NCBI GenBank assembly: GCA_964452165.1
Contig: CAYVKP010000001.1
Coordinates: 140,110-204,109 of the forward strand
Length of the DNA stretch: 64,000 bases
Source of the DNA: an uncultured Gammaproteobacteria bacterium
GTDB taxonomy: Bacteria > Patescibacteriota > Microgenomatia > Levybacterales > GWA1-39-11
Reading direction: 5' to 3'
Shown: piece after piece, positions 17,878 to 28,034 of the stretch
How positions within the stretch are numbered: the stretch's first letter is position 1
Layout of the letters: the number at the start of each line of letters is the position of its first letter
Translations under genes and position numbers: made by a program
The notes under the pieces: generated by a model
Database searches by the model: none
Seen by the model: only the letters and a program-made list of their open reading frames with translations
Told to the model about the DNA's origin: nothing

Positions 17878-18591
17878 ATGAAAAAAAAGTTTATTGTGGC
17901 CAACTGGAAAGCAAATAAGACAGAAGAAGAGGCGGTTGCTTGGATAGAAAGCTTCTATAATAGTGAGGACCAAATTGAAGACCGAGACAGCAAAGAAATT
18001 ATTATTTGTCCTCCCTTTTCCCTCCTTTTACAGCTTCGTAAATATATAGATGCCAACGGTTTGTCTCTAAGCCTGGGAACCCAAGATATCTCGAAGTTTG
18101 GGGCAGGTGCTTATACGGGAGAAATCCCAGCCGAGATAATAAAAAAAATCATTAGCCACTCAATAATAGGTCATTCCGAGAGAAGAAAATATTTTTCCGA
18201 AGAAAATCAAGATGTCTTGGCAAAAATTAAAATTCTTCTAGATAATGAAATTACACCAATTCTTTGTTTAAGTGATATGAATCAACTGGATTTTTATATA
18301 TCGCATGATAAAACGGTTGTTGATAGATCATCCGATATTATTTTTGTTTACGAGCCTCCAAGCGCAATAAGCGGTGGAGGATCATTTCATGCGGAGTCTC
18401 CGCAGTCCGTTGAAGAAAACGCTTCGGAAATAAGCAGAAAAATAGGAAAAAAAGTCACGACTCTGTATGGAGGAAGCGTCAATCCTGACAATGCTTCCAC
18501 TTTTTTTGAACTTGCGAACATAGACGGAGGGTTAATTGGTCAGGCGAGTCTTGATGCCTCATCTTTCCTCGAAATCATTAAAAAATGCTAA
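17878..18591 (+). CDS. tpiA: Triosephosphate isomerase
   Basis: FIVANWKANKT, IGHSERR, YEPPSAISGG, and GGSVNPDNA (a TIM-family signature segment). Confidence 0.9.
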   Translation: MKKKFIVANWKANKTEEEAVAWIESFYNSEDQIEDRDSKEIIICPPFSLLLQLRKYIDANGLSLSLGTQDISKFGAGAYTGEIPAEIIKKIISHSIIGHSERRKYFSEENQDVLAKIKILLDNEITPILCLSDMNQLDFYISHDKTVVDRSSDIIFVYEPPSAISGGGSFHAESPQSVEENASEISRKIGKKVTTLYGGSVNPDNASTFFELANIDGGLIGQASLDASSFLEIIKKC

Positions 18592-19685
18592 AAAAGAAGC
18601 GGTCAACCCTAACACTTGTTCTAGTAGTTCTAGTGGTTCTCGTGGCTTTTCTGATTTATAAGTTTGTTTTGCATAGACAGATAGATTTAAAACGGGAAAA
18701 AACCGGTGCTATAAATGTTTTGATGCTTGGTCGTGGAGGGGGTAGTCACGACGGGCCAAATCTTACCGACACAATAATCCTTGCAATGGTGAACCCTGAA
18801 AAAAATGAAGCAAGTCTTGTCACTATACCAAGGGATTTATGGGTGCCTGATATTAAGGGTAAAATAAATTTAGCATATGCAATTGGGCAAAAAGACAACA
18901 AGCAGGGAATCCTTTTAGCAAAAGCTGCGGTTGAGAAAGTGACAGGTCAGAACATTGATTATGTTGTCGTCATTGATTTCTCAGGATTTGTTAAAGTTGT
19001 AGATTACATAGGGGGAGTTGACGTTAATGTAGCGCGCACGCTTGATGATTACAACTATCCTATCGAAGGCAAAGAAACAGATACTTGTGGGCACCCAGAT
19101 CAAGAGATAAAAGACCTTACCGCTACAGCATCAGCCCTACCAGAGCAAGATTTATGGGCGTTTTTCTCATGTAGATACCAGCACGTCCACGTTGATGCTG
19201 GCATGCAGCACATGAACGGGCTGCAAGCCCTAACTTTTTCGCGTTCGCGTCACGGTGTTGGGGAAGAAGGGAGCGATTTCGCGAGATCCAGACGGCAAAG
19301 CGAGGTTATAAATGCCGTTAAGTCAAAAGTGCTGTCTCTTGGAATAATTCTCAATCCAATAAAAGTTATAGGCGTTTTGAATATCTTAAAAGACGATATA
19401 GACACAAATATAAAAGTAGAGGAGTATGATGATTTTGTAAACTTGGCCAGAAAAATGCAGACCTCAAAACTCAAAAGTTTTGTTATAGATTTTGGTAATG
19501 AAGAGCAAAACCGGCCCGGTCTACTCAAAGAGGCATTACCTTCAGCCGATAAGGGATTTCAATATAATCTTGTGCCCCGTATTGGCGATGGAAATTTTTC
19601 AGAACTCCACGATTACACTCAATGCATAGCTGAGGGTTTTACTTGCGCAGTTCAAGAAAAAGGAATAGCGAAGAAATTGGAATAG
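18585..19685 (+). CDS. LytR-CpsA-Psr (LCP) family cell-envelope polymer transferase
   Basis: N-terminal TM; INVLMLGRGGGSHDGPNLTDTIILAMVNP...LVTIPRDLWV core LCP motifs. Confidence 0.8.
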   Translation: MLKKKRSTLTLVLVVLVVLVAFLIYKFVLHRQIDLKREKTGAINVLMLGRGGGSHDGPNLTDTIILAMVNPEKNEASLVTIPRDLWVPDIKGKINLAYAIGQKDNKQGILLAKAAVEKVTGQNIDYVVVIDFSGFVKVVDYIGGVDVNVARTLDDYNYPIEGKETDTCGHPDQEIKDLTATASALPEQDLWAFFSCRYQHVHVDAGMQHMNGLQALTFSRSRHGVGEEGSDFARSRRQSEVINAVKSKVLSLGIILNPIKVIGVLNILKDDIDTNIKVEEYDDFVNLARKMQTSKLKSFVIDFGNEEQNRPGLLKEALPSADKGFQYNLVPRIGDGNFSELHDYTQCIAEGFTCAVQEKGIAKKLE

Positions 19686-21794
19686 TTAAATATTAGTTTT
19701 ATATATTCTTGTTCGGCCTTCTTGAAAAACCATTTTCCCAATATTTCTAAATTTTTCTTCAATAAGTTGAGGATATTTTTGAAATTCAAGCCCTCCCAGA
19801 TAGATGTATTTGACGTCATATTTTTTTAACAACTTTTTAGTCAAATTAACATCATCGCTTTCATATATCTTTTTTACATCATCAATTCTAGGAGAAGGAA
19901 TATTGTAACTTCCTCTCCACAACCATTCATGAACCGTCCAGCCAAGTATTGTAGGCAAACCGGTATTTGCAGAAATTCTCCCAAAATCGGTATATGAATC
20001 ACCTTGAGCTTCAACTATCACCGGCCTTCCTTGTACATTTTTGTTTAACCAAGTTATAGCATCATAGTCGCCAGGATAACGAGCTTTAAGATAGGCAGTT
20101 CCATCAAGACCTACGTATGTCTTGAGATCTCCATAATAAGATTTAATTGCAAAATATGGATATACAAAAATGGGTAATAACACAATTAAGCTAGCCAGAT
20201 AAAAAAATAGACTTTTTGTTTTGTTCATTATTCTAAAGATAATATAGGGACAGGCAAGCGAGAGCATGATGAAAGCTTGGTACACTAGCTTAAACATTGT
20301 ATTTGCTCTGTAGTGTGCCGGATATATATCTTTAAGATAAATAAATTCAGGTAAAATAATGAGAAAAGTAGATATTAGTATAAGCGCAAGAATGAAAAGA
20401 TCTTCACTAACGACTTTTGATTTTTTTTGCGTCAAGAGAAGAAAGCCTACGAAAGAAAAAACGAAAAAATAAAACCCTCCATATAATGTAAAAATTTGCC
20501 ACAACGGACTTCGTTGGCAATGACTTGCTTCAAAAAGAAATGGACCCAAATGTCCAATTTTAGTTAAAAAGCTGGGGGCACAAAGTATTCCAATTCCATG
20601 TGTCAGTCCTGAAGGATCAAAGCTTAGGTTAAACGGTAGCGAAAAGACAAAAAACAATATCAATATCATTACCGTAGGCTTTATCGTTTTGGTTAGGAAA
20701 GTTTTAATATTGCCTTTGGCTTTCTCAAGTGAGTACCAGTTTTTAATCAAGAGAATAAGCAAGATTGCGAGTAGATATATCCCCGCGTCCCAAGCGTTAG
20801 TCATATACATAATTGATATAAATAAAGCTATTAGCACGAGTATTGCTTTATTAACTTTCTCCTCAATAAAAATAACGTAGATTATTGCAATTGATGTCAT
20901 AACATACATCAGATCTAAAACATGTCCATGTAAATCCGATACTACAAAAGAGTAGATAGGGAATTCGTGGATTGTAAAGGGTATAAAGCGCGTTGCATTA
21001 GGGTACCAATAGCTGTTAGGTATTGATCCTAAGGAGAGTGGCAACTGCCAGAAGGGGACAGGATTATCTACGTTGTAAGGTTTAAAAAGTGCATAAACAG
21101 TATGTAGGTTACCGCCCAGGGTTAAGAGTAAGCCTGTTATTGCACCTGATATAAAACTTTTTTTAGTTAGCTTTTGTTTGGAGAATAGATTTGTACCGAT
21201 TGAAAAAGCCAGACTCAGGGTAAAAGAAAACAGCGTAGCAATCATTAGGTTGAAAGTAATATTTGTTGGTAACAGCGATATATTAGTCAAGACTGCCGTT
21301 GTAAAGTGACCGAAGTAGTAATAGTTAATGGAAAATGGCGGAAACCACATATCAACCGGAGGCATAAAACCACTTCTCATAATAGAGTTCAGAAAACCAA
21401 AATCCATAAATTTTTCAAGACCGTTGATACTAGGCTCATGTCCTCTGACGTATGACCAGACAATAATTCCGCCCAAAAACAAAAGTTCTTCAAAAATTAA
21501 AAGCTTAAAGTTAACTGATTTTTTTAAATTGATTTTGTTTTTTTTAAAGATTAGGAAGTTGATAACTGCAAAAATCCACAAAATTAAAATAGCGGATAAA
21601 AAATTAAGTGGTAATATCTTGAATACTCCTAAAACAAATAAAGAGTAACTGGTTAATGCAAATCCAATAACTTTTGCAAAAAGATAACCATGGTCAACAA
21701 ACTTTCTGAAGACAAGAGATGTTAAAGGGAAGAATATGATGCCAATTAGGAAAATCGGAATCCACCACTGGATAATGTAATGAAAATCCATCAT
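19686..21794 (-). CDS. Large polytopic membrane protein, probable GT-C-type glycosyltransferase (DUF2298/YfhO-like)
   Basis: 702 aa with more than 12 predicted TM helices and a C-terminal soluble domain; sits inside the glycan-synthesis cluster. Confidence 0.4.
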   Translation of the reverse strand: MMDFHYIIQWWIPIFLIGIIFFPLTSLVFRKFVDHGYLFAKVIGFALTSYSLFVLGVFKILPLNFLSAILILWIFAVINFLIFKKNKINLKKSVNFKLLIFEELLFLGGIIVWSYVRGHEPSINGLEKFMDFGFLNSIMRSGFMPPVDMWFPPFSINYYYFGHFTTAVLTNISLLPTNITFNLMIATLFSFTLSLAFSIGTNLFSKQKLTKKSFISGAITGLLLTLGGNLHTVYALFKPYNVDNPVPFWQLPLSLGSIPNSYWYPNATRFIPFTIHEFPIYSFVVSDLHGHVLDLMYVMTSIAIIYVIFIEEKVNKAILVLIALFISIMYMTNAWDAGIYLLAILLILLIKNWYSLEKAKGNIKTFLTKTIKPTVMILILFFVFSLPFNLSFDPSGLTHGIGILCAPSFLTKIGHLGPFLFEASHCQRSPLWQIFTLYGGFYFFVFSFVGFLLLTQKKSKVVSEDLFILALILISTFLIILPEFIYLKDIYPAHYRANTMFKLVYQAFIMLSLACPYIIFRIMNKTKSLFFYLASLIVLLPIFVYPYFAIKSYYGDLKTYVGLDGTAYLKARYPGDYDAITWLNKNVQGRPVIVEAQGDSYTDFGRISANTGLPTILGWTVHEWLWRGSYNIPSPRIDDVKKIYESDDVNLTKKLLKKYDVKYIYLGGLEFQKYPQLIEEKFRNIGKMVFQEGRTRIYKTNI

Positions 21795-22348
21795 AAATAC
21801 TTTGTTCTAAATTCCTCCAGCGTGTTAATTAGATGAATATTGTCTGGTAGTTTTGCTTGTGAACTTCCATTATGAAGCCAATAAAAATTAACTTTTGAAT
21901 TGTGTTGTGCAAGATAGATCAATAGATCCAAGTCATCATCTATAAATTTTTCAATTTTTTCCTCTTTGATAATCCTATCTTTGAAAAAATGTGGCTGGTC
22001 ATCAGTGTAATTGAAGTACATCTTTTTGAAATATTTCGAAATGCCGTGTTTCTTATCCCAGTCCTGAGTTCTGTCTTTTAAAAAAGAAAAACGACTGGAT
22101 ACCAAAAAGATATTTGAGTTATCCTTGGCAATCTCCTGAAGCGCTCTTATATTATCTTTGATGGGAGGTCTCAGCATTAGTGAATGAGATAGATGTCTAA
22201 TTTTTTGCTCAATTTTATTGGGGACTCTGTAAGAGAGTTTATGGTTTTTTTTCTTGTATAAATACTCAATAAGAGAGCTTGGAATAAAGGGTGGATAGTT
22301 TACGAAAACCTTATCAAAGTCTATACCAATTATTGCCTTTTTTTTCAT
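21791..22348 (-). CDS. HAD-superfamily hydrolase-like protein
   Basis: 185 aa; N-terminal IGIDFDKV resembles HAD motif I (DxD). Confidence 0.4.
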   Translation of the reverse strand: MKKKAIIGIDFDKVFVNYPPFIPSSLIEYLYKKKNHKLSYRVPNKIEQKIRHLSHSLMLRPPIKDNIRALQEIAKDNSNIFLVSSRFSFLKDRTQDWDKKHGISKYFKKMYFNYTDDQPHFFKDRIIKEEKIEKFIDDDLDLLIYLAQHNSKVNFYWLHNGSSQAKLPDNIHLINTLEEFRTKYL

Positions 22349-23382
22349 ACGAGCTTTTCAAAGAGACTAATCAACTTGAAATTCCAAATAGTTCTGTGAG
22401 TCGTTCCGCGTCGCCCAACTATATTTTCTCGATTCTCTTTATACCAATCATAGCTTTCTTTTAAAATATCCTGATTGGATTTTGTAGGTTTGAAATTCAG
22501 ATATTTTTTTGCCCTTTCTATACTTACATAAGAATTTACTGGCAAAGTCTTATAGTGCCAGGCGACAATTGGTGACAGATTTGTTGCTTCAAGAGCGCCC
22601 AAGATAATCTGTGAAGGCAAAACCGGAAGACCGACAACCTTAGAAGAAGAGCGGGCATGTTTTATTAAACTGCCCAAATCTTGCCGCCATGTGCCAAATT
22701 TATCTGTTCCGACATTAAAAGTCTCTCCACTTTTTTTGCTAACCAATGCATTGTATATAGCGTCACACAGATCTTCCACCCCAAGAAGTTGATACAGGTT
22801 GTTGCCGTTACCTAGGATAAATACGGGCCGACTTTGATATATTGCCTCAAACCAAAGAGTAAATACGCCAAGTCTCTCCGGGCCCAAGAAAGTCTTTGGT
22901 CTTATGATGTTTACTGAAAGTCCCCTATTTGCAAATTTCTTGCATAATTTCTCCCCTTCCACTTTAGACTCCCCGTAATGGCCTATGGGATCTATATTGT
23001 CAGTTTCTGTCTCGGGTAGGTGCTTTGGCACACCATAAACGGCGGTACTTGAAATAAAAACAACTCTCTTTACCTTGTTGGCCAGTGCTGCTTCAAGAAC
23101 GTTGTTTGTGCCGTTAATATTTATATTAAATATAGTTTTTCGTTCATGAACTATTGGAAGCGCTGCTGCAGCGTGGACCACATAGTCAACGCCTTTAAAA
23201 GCTGACACAAGCTTTCTTTTATCCCTAATGTCTGCTTCTACAAATTGGACTTTTTTCTTAACATCATTTGCTGTTATGCTTTCAATATCAAGACATACCA
23301 CTTTAAGCCCTTTTTTTAGCATAAAGCGCGAGAGATAAATTCCAAGGAATCCTGCGCCCCCCGTTATAAGAATTGTTTTCAT
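22345..23382 (-). CDS. NAD-dependent epimerase/dehydratase (SDR family)
   Basis: MKTILITGGAGFLG glycine-rich NAD-binding motif; 345 aa, typical of UDP-sugar epimerases. Confidence 0.8.
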   Translation of the reverse strand: MKTILITGGAGFLGIYLSRFMLKKGLKVVCLDIESITANDVKKKVQFVEADIRDKRKLVSAFKGVDYVVHAAAALPIVHERKTIFNININGTNNVLEAALANKVKRVVFISSTAVYGVPKHLPETETDNIDPIGHYGESKVEGEKLCKKFANRGLSVNIIRPKTFLGPERLGVFTLWFEAIYQSRPVFILGNGNNLYQLLGVEDLCDAIYNALVSKKSGETFNVGTDKFGTWRQDLGSLIKHARSSSKVVGLPVLPSQIILGALEATNLSPIVAWHYKTLPVNSYVSIERAKKYLNFKPTKSNQDILKESYDWYKENRENIVGRRGTTHRTIWNFKLISLFEKLV

Positions 23383-23425
23383 AAAGATAGATTGTACATA
23401 AAGAGTTTTCCCACAACAAGTGCCA

Positions 23426-25129
23426 TCAATCTTTTTTAAATATCATTACCTTAGGGTGATCATATACGGTAAATGATTCATCGGCCTTTTGATCGTCAAT
23501 TTCCATAGGGGTAAAGGGTATATTTGGAAAATTTGTGAACTCTGCAATCTCTTTAAATCCGAGTTTTCCGCCGAATAGATCACTATAATATTTAGAAGCA
23601 ATTGGGTAGCAGGTTTTGTATTTTTGGCAATTATCCAGTCTTTGGATTGGAACATAAAGTCTATTGGAAGCAATGATAATATAGTCAGAGCTATTTATCT
23701 TTTGCCACATCAATCCCCACTTTGTTGAATCATCAGGCTGGTCATAGAGAGCAAGTTCGTTAACATTGTAGATCTGAGAGTTGTAAAGAGGAAGCCTGTC
23801 GTCCCAGTGTTCGACAGCAAGAGTTTTGCCGGCCGGTATATTTTTAATTATCCAGTTGCTCGCCGCAACTCGAGTATTCGCCTTGTTATAGATAGAAATA
23901 AATGATAAAGGCCAAATTATGATAAGGAGTGGAAGTATGGCCGATACCAAAAGTTGTAAAGTATTATTTCTGATTTTTTTAATTGGTTCAAATATTTTTG
24001 ATACTAAAAAATAAGCTCCAAATATTGCAAAAATTGGATAGATGGGTAGTAGATATCTCATCCACCCAACGGCGAATTTTGAGACAATAAATAAATAAAC
24101 AAAGAAAAACGCAAAAAGTATTAATCCTTCAGACTTTGCCTCTCTCGTTAATCTGCGAATATTGATTATAAAGTTAAAGAAACCCAAGAAACAGAGGAGT
24201 GCTGTAATTGGTCCAAGTCCCCACAGAAAAATATTTTTCAATTCGTATATGAAGGGTACCTTTCCGACGTATTGCAATGTATACGGGAAGGTATAAGCGC
24301 TTTTTGTCATTTGCGATTGCAATAGATTTTGGGATAAGAATTCGTGCCAATCTATTAAGGCATATGGTTGGGCAATCACAAACACAATTACTGTAAAAAT
24401 CCCTATAAGCGTGCCGTCTTTAAATAGTCTTTTGATAACAGGAGGCAAATGCGGGAGCCAATTTTTTGGTTTGTGTGGAGACTTTAGAAAAATTAAAATA
24501 AAATCCAAAATAATTGCTGTGCCAATGGCGGCAATCAAAGGAATAGCACTTATTTTTGTAGCAAGAGCTAGTCCAAAAGACACACCAACAAAACCAGCAT
24601 TCATAAAAGTAGGATTTTTATAAAACCTTACAAGTCTTAGAAGTGTTAGGGTTACAAATAGAGTAAGAATAATATCTACTGTGAAAAAATGCGAAGATTG
24701 AATCGCAAGTACAGAAGATGCATAGATGAACCCTGCAAAAATTCCCACCTTATCACCAAACAAAATTTTACCAAGACGCACTATCAAGAAAATTGTGACA
24801 AGGTCTGCAAAAGCAGATAAGAATCGGCCCACAAGTTCTATGCCGTCGTAAGTACCAAAACGCGGATTAAACAAACTCGCAACAGTGGAGGACGATTTTA
24901 AAATGTATAGCGGAAAATTACCATACGCAAAAAAACGAGGGTTTAGGCTGCTTTCAGGGTTTAAAAGCTGAGATATACTTCCAGGGAAGTTTAAAGGCAG
25001 AGCAAACATTATAATTGCCCGTTCGTCAGGGTGAAGATGATTTCCTTGATCCCAATCAATATTATGAAAACGCAACAGTGCCCCAAAAACAATTACTAGA
25101 AATACTAAAACAACAAAGCGTTTATTCAT
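23426..25129 (-). CDS. Glycosyltransferase family 39/83 (PMT/ArnT-like GT-C) membrane protein
   Basis: 567 aa polytopic; N-terminal RFHNIDWDQGNHLHPDE motif in the first extracytoplasmic loop, characteristic of PMT_2/ArnT. Confidence 0.7.
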   Translation of the reverse strand: MNKRFVVLVFLVIVFGALLRFHNIDWDQGNHLHPDERAIIMFALPLNFPGSISQLLNPESSLNPRFFAYGNFPLYILKSSSTVASLFNPRFGTYDGIELVGRFLSAFADLVTIFLIVRLGKILFGDKVGIFAGFIYASSVLAIQSSHFFTVDIILTLFVTLTLLRLVRFYKNPTFMNAGFVGVSFGLALATKISAIPLIAAIGTAIILDFILIFLKSPHKPKNWLPHLPPVIKRLFKDGTLIGIFTVIVFVIAQPYALIDWHEFLSQNLLQSQMTKSAYTFPYTLQYVGKVPFIYELKNIFLWGLGPITALLCFLGFFNFIINIRRLTREAKSEGLILFAFFFVYLFIVSKFAVGWMRYLLPIYPIFAIFGAYFLVSKIFEPIKKIRNNTLQLLVSAILPLLIIIWPLSFISIYNKANTRVAASNWIIKNIPAGKTLAVEHWDDRLPLYNSQIYNVNELALYDQPDDSTKWGLMWQKINSSDYIIIASNRLYVPIQRLDNCQKYKTCYPIASKYYSDLFGGKLGFKEIAEFTNFPNIPFTPMEIDDQKADESFTVYDHPKVMIFKKD

Positions 25130-26733
25130 TATTTTATTTTCTCAAATATGAATACTGTTGGTCTATCGAAAACGTTTGAGGTTTGTTCCACATTACTGAT
25201 GGGATTTCCTAAATAGGTTAGTTTACAAAATATGTCACATTCAGTTTGGTAAACTTTTTTAAAACCGAGTTTACCGGAGAATAGGTCTGAGTAAAAATTA
25301 TATCCCTCCGGAAAATAATTTTTATTGGACAATCTTGAGTCGACTATTCTTTGACTTGGCAAAATTATGTAATCGGATTTCTTGATAGATGATTTAAGCT
25401 CAAACTCTTTATTTGGATTATTATCTAAATCATAAAAATTAAATAGAGAAATCTGCGTGAAATTATTATTGAATGGAACAATTCCAAGATCATAAACTTC
25501 GCTAAGAATCTTAGAATCTCTCGGAATATTCCTTTTCGCAAATTGCAGAGCCCGGATTCTTGTATCTTGGGACAGTATTACAGTTTTTATAAACGAAAAC
25601 ATAAAAACAAAATTTACGATCAGCAAACCAGCCAGAAAGACACCAAAAATAGTTTTCGATAGATACCTTCTTATATCTGAGACGAAAACCGCTATTATAA
25701 TGTATAAAAATGGCAGAGACGGTACCATATACCTTGTCCATTTTGCGAAAAAAAATGACTGCGTGATAAAGAGACTTAGGAAAGCCAAAACGAGAAGACC
25801 ACTCTTGGTATTTTTAGTTTTTATTGCCAGGACCAAATAGTAGAAAATGGCCGGTATTGAAATGAGGGTCATAGCAGGATTTATAAGGAATGGAAAAATT
25901 TTTTGGTATTGATAGACCACAGGGATTGTATTGTAAAAAGCTCCAGTATAAAAAACCGGTAAAACTCCCGTTGCTACCTTACTTTCATAATCCATACTGT
26001 TGAGAAAAGATTTTGAATCTAAAAAATTGAATGGTGAAGAAAGAACATAAGAAATACCGGCCAAGAATATAAAAAGTAGAGCTAGCCTAAATATTTTTGC
26101 AAAAACCTTCTTTTCCTTTCTAAAAGAAGATAAAAAGATGGTGTAAACGGGAATAATAATTAAAATTATAGAAGATGCTTTAAGACTAACAAGTAAACCA
26201 AAAATTATTGACCCAAAAATAAAATACCGATTTCTCGAGTGATCCATGAAAGCCATAAACCCATAAACCATAAGAATGGAAAAGAATGAAAGCCAAACTT
26301 CAAATGTGCCGAAATGTGAAAATTGAAGGAAAGCAATACTGGTAGTAAAGAAAATAGTTGCCAAAATTGCTGATAATTTTCCTGCAATTTTTTGAGCCAG
26401 TTTATAGACAATGGGAACAGTCAAAAGAGTTAGAATCGCAGAGAAAGACCGTAGAAGAATTAGAGTGAAAGAAAAATCTGGTTGTTTCAAAATTGAATTT
26501 ATTATGACGCCCAAAAAATAAACCGAGTAAATAGGCAACGCGCCATATGCAAAAAAGTTGGGATTAAGATTGTTTGGAAAATGTAGCTGGACGATGCTTG
26601 TTGCGATATTCCTTTCGTCAGGGTGAAAGTAAAAAGGTGATCCCCAATCAAGTTTGAAAAAAACAAAAAAAGAAAAAAGGAGCAGCGTAAAAACAAAGAA
26701 AATGTTAACTAGCCTTTCGCTGGTTTTTTTCAT
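25129..26733 (-). CDS. Glycosyltransferase family 39/83 (PMT/ArnT-like GT-C) membrane protein, tandem paralog
   Basis: 534 aa polytopic; FYFHPDERNIA motif. Same architecture as the upstream gene. Confidence 0.7.
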   Translation of the reverse strand: MKKTSERLVNIFFVFTLLLFSFFVFFKLDWGSPFYFHPDERNIATSIVQLHFPNNLNPNFFAYGALPIYSVYFLGVIINSILKQPDFSFTLILLRSFSAILTLLTVPIVYKLAQKIAGKLSAILATIFFTTSIAFLQFSHFGTFEVWLSFFSILMVYGFMAFMDHSRNRYFIFGSIIFGLLVSLKASSIILIIIPVYTIFLSSFRKEKKVFAKIFRLALLFIFLAGISYVLSSPFNFLDSKSFLNSMDYESKVATGVLPVFYTGAFYNTIPVVYQYQKIFPFLINPAMTLISIPAIFYYLVLAIKTKNTKSGLLVLAFLSLFITQSFFFAKWTRYMVPSLPFLYIIIAVFVSDIRRYLSKTIFGVFLAGLLIVNFVFMFSFIKTVILSQDTRIRALQFAKRNIPRDSKILSEVYDLGIVPFNNNFTQISLFNFYDLDNNPNKEFELKSSIKKSDYIILPSQRIVDSRLSNKNYFPEGYNFYSDLFSGKLGFKKVYQTECDIFCKLTYLGNPISNVEQTSNVFDRPTVFIFEKIK

Positions 26734-28013
26734 GGAGAGACGGCGCTCGCAATTTTTAGTCCCAACTCAACCGCATAATTTGTTCCGCGGTCCCACGGGT
26801 AAACTTGTTCTATATTTGCAAGGTATACGTTTTTGAGAGGGGTAGTATGAGGTGGAATATTTTTCGAATAGTTTACGGGAATTATAGGTTGGGCAAAAGG
26901 TGCTTTGAATAGTTCGTATCCTAAAAGATTTTTTTTGTAATCCGGGTTAATCTTTTTGAGAAAGGGATCAAAAAGATTAAGTTTTTCTTCTTTGTCCATA
27001 ATAAATTTTGGATCATCAGGCGGTAGATAATTCCCCAGATACAGGAGATGTTCATTATTGTAGTGACTTTTGTCCATGAAGTTGGTGTGTTCAACAATTG
27101 CCATGATGGGAGAAGTTGGATCACAAACACTAAGCCAGTATGTATTGTCTGAAAAAAACGGTTTATTTAAACGAAGAACAAGATTTGTTGCACCAAGACC
27201 CTTAAGTTTTACGAATTTATTTTTATAGTCGTCCGGTAGGTCCGGAGATATTTTAAGAAACTGGAACGATGGAAGGGTGACAATGACTTTATCATATTCT
27301 TCAAGTTCTGGTTTTGATTTGGCCAAGTTTTTAAATGTTATTTTTGGGTTAGTAGTGGATGATAGTTTGACTACTTCCGTATTGAAGTGAAATTTTCCTC
27401 CCTGTTTTTCTATAACTGCCTGAAGGTGCTGCGCGAAAGTTAGAAATCCTCCTTCAGGATAAGCCAAGGAGGAGGTTCTCTTCACTATTCTTGCCCAAAA
27501 CCACGCGAGAGAAATGTTGTTCGCGTAAGACCCAAACTTGCTTTTGAAAAGCGGTTCCCAAATCATTTCGTAAGATGCGTTTCCCATTGCCTTAGGTAAA
27601 ACCTCAGTTGCATTAAATTTCTCAAGTAGTTGCCAAAAAGGGTTGTATCGAAGCATTCCAAGACTTGCTGCCATACGAAAACGATCTAAGACCGATAGTT
27701 TTGAAAACGTTAATACATCACGGGGGGAATCGAACTGGTAAATCTCTCCATTAATGTAGTTTGATGTTTTGGGTCTTCGGATTAATACATTATGGTTAAT
27801 TTCTTTAGCTAAATTTAAAATAAATTTATCATTTGTAAACCAATGGTGGTAATGCTTTTCAAGACTCCATTCCCATTCTTTTTCTTGATATCCAATGGCA
27901 AGTCCACCGGGTTTATCATCCCGTTCAAAAAGATCAACTAGATGTCCCGCCCTGGACAGAGCGTATGCAGCAGACATACCGGCAAACCCGGCACCAATAA
28001 TTCCAATCTTCAT
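26730..28013 (-). CDS. FAD/NAD(P)-binding oxidoreductase (amine-oxidase / UDP-galactopyranose-mutase-like fold)
   Basis: MKIGIIGAGFAGMSAAYAL...DLFERDDKPGG dinucleotide-binding motif; 427 aa. Confidence 0.6.
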   Translation of the reverse strand: MKIGIIGAGFAGMSAAYALSRAGHLVDLFERDDKPGGLAIGYQEKEWEWSLEKHYHHWFTNDKFILNLAKEINHNVLIRRPKTSNYINGEIYQFDSPRDVLTFSKLSVLDRFRMAASLGMLRYNPFWQLLEKFNATEVLPKAMGNASYEMIWEPLFKSKFGSYANNISLAWFWARIVKRTSSLAYPEGGFLTFAQHLQAVIEKQGGKFHFNTEVVKLSSTTNPKITFKNLAKSKPELEEYDKVIVTLPSFQFLKISPDLPDDYKNKFVKLKGLGATNLVLRLNKPFFSDNTYWLSVCDPTSPIMAIVEHTNFMDKSHYNNEHLLYLGNYLPPDDPKFIMDKEEKLNLFDPFLKKINPDYKKNLLGYELFKAPFAQPIIPVNYSKNIPPHTTPLKNVYLANIEQVYPWDRGTNYAVELGLKIASAVSP

Positions 28014-28034
28014 GTTGGTTATTTTAAGACAGTT

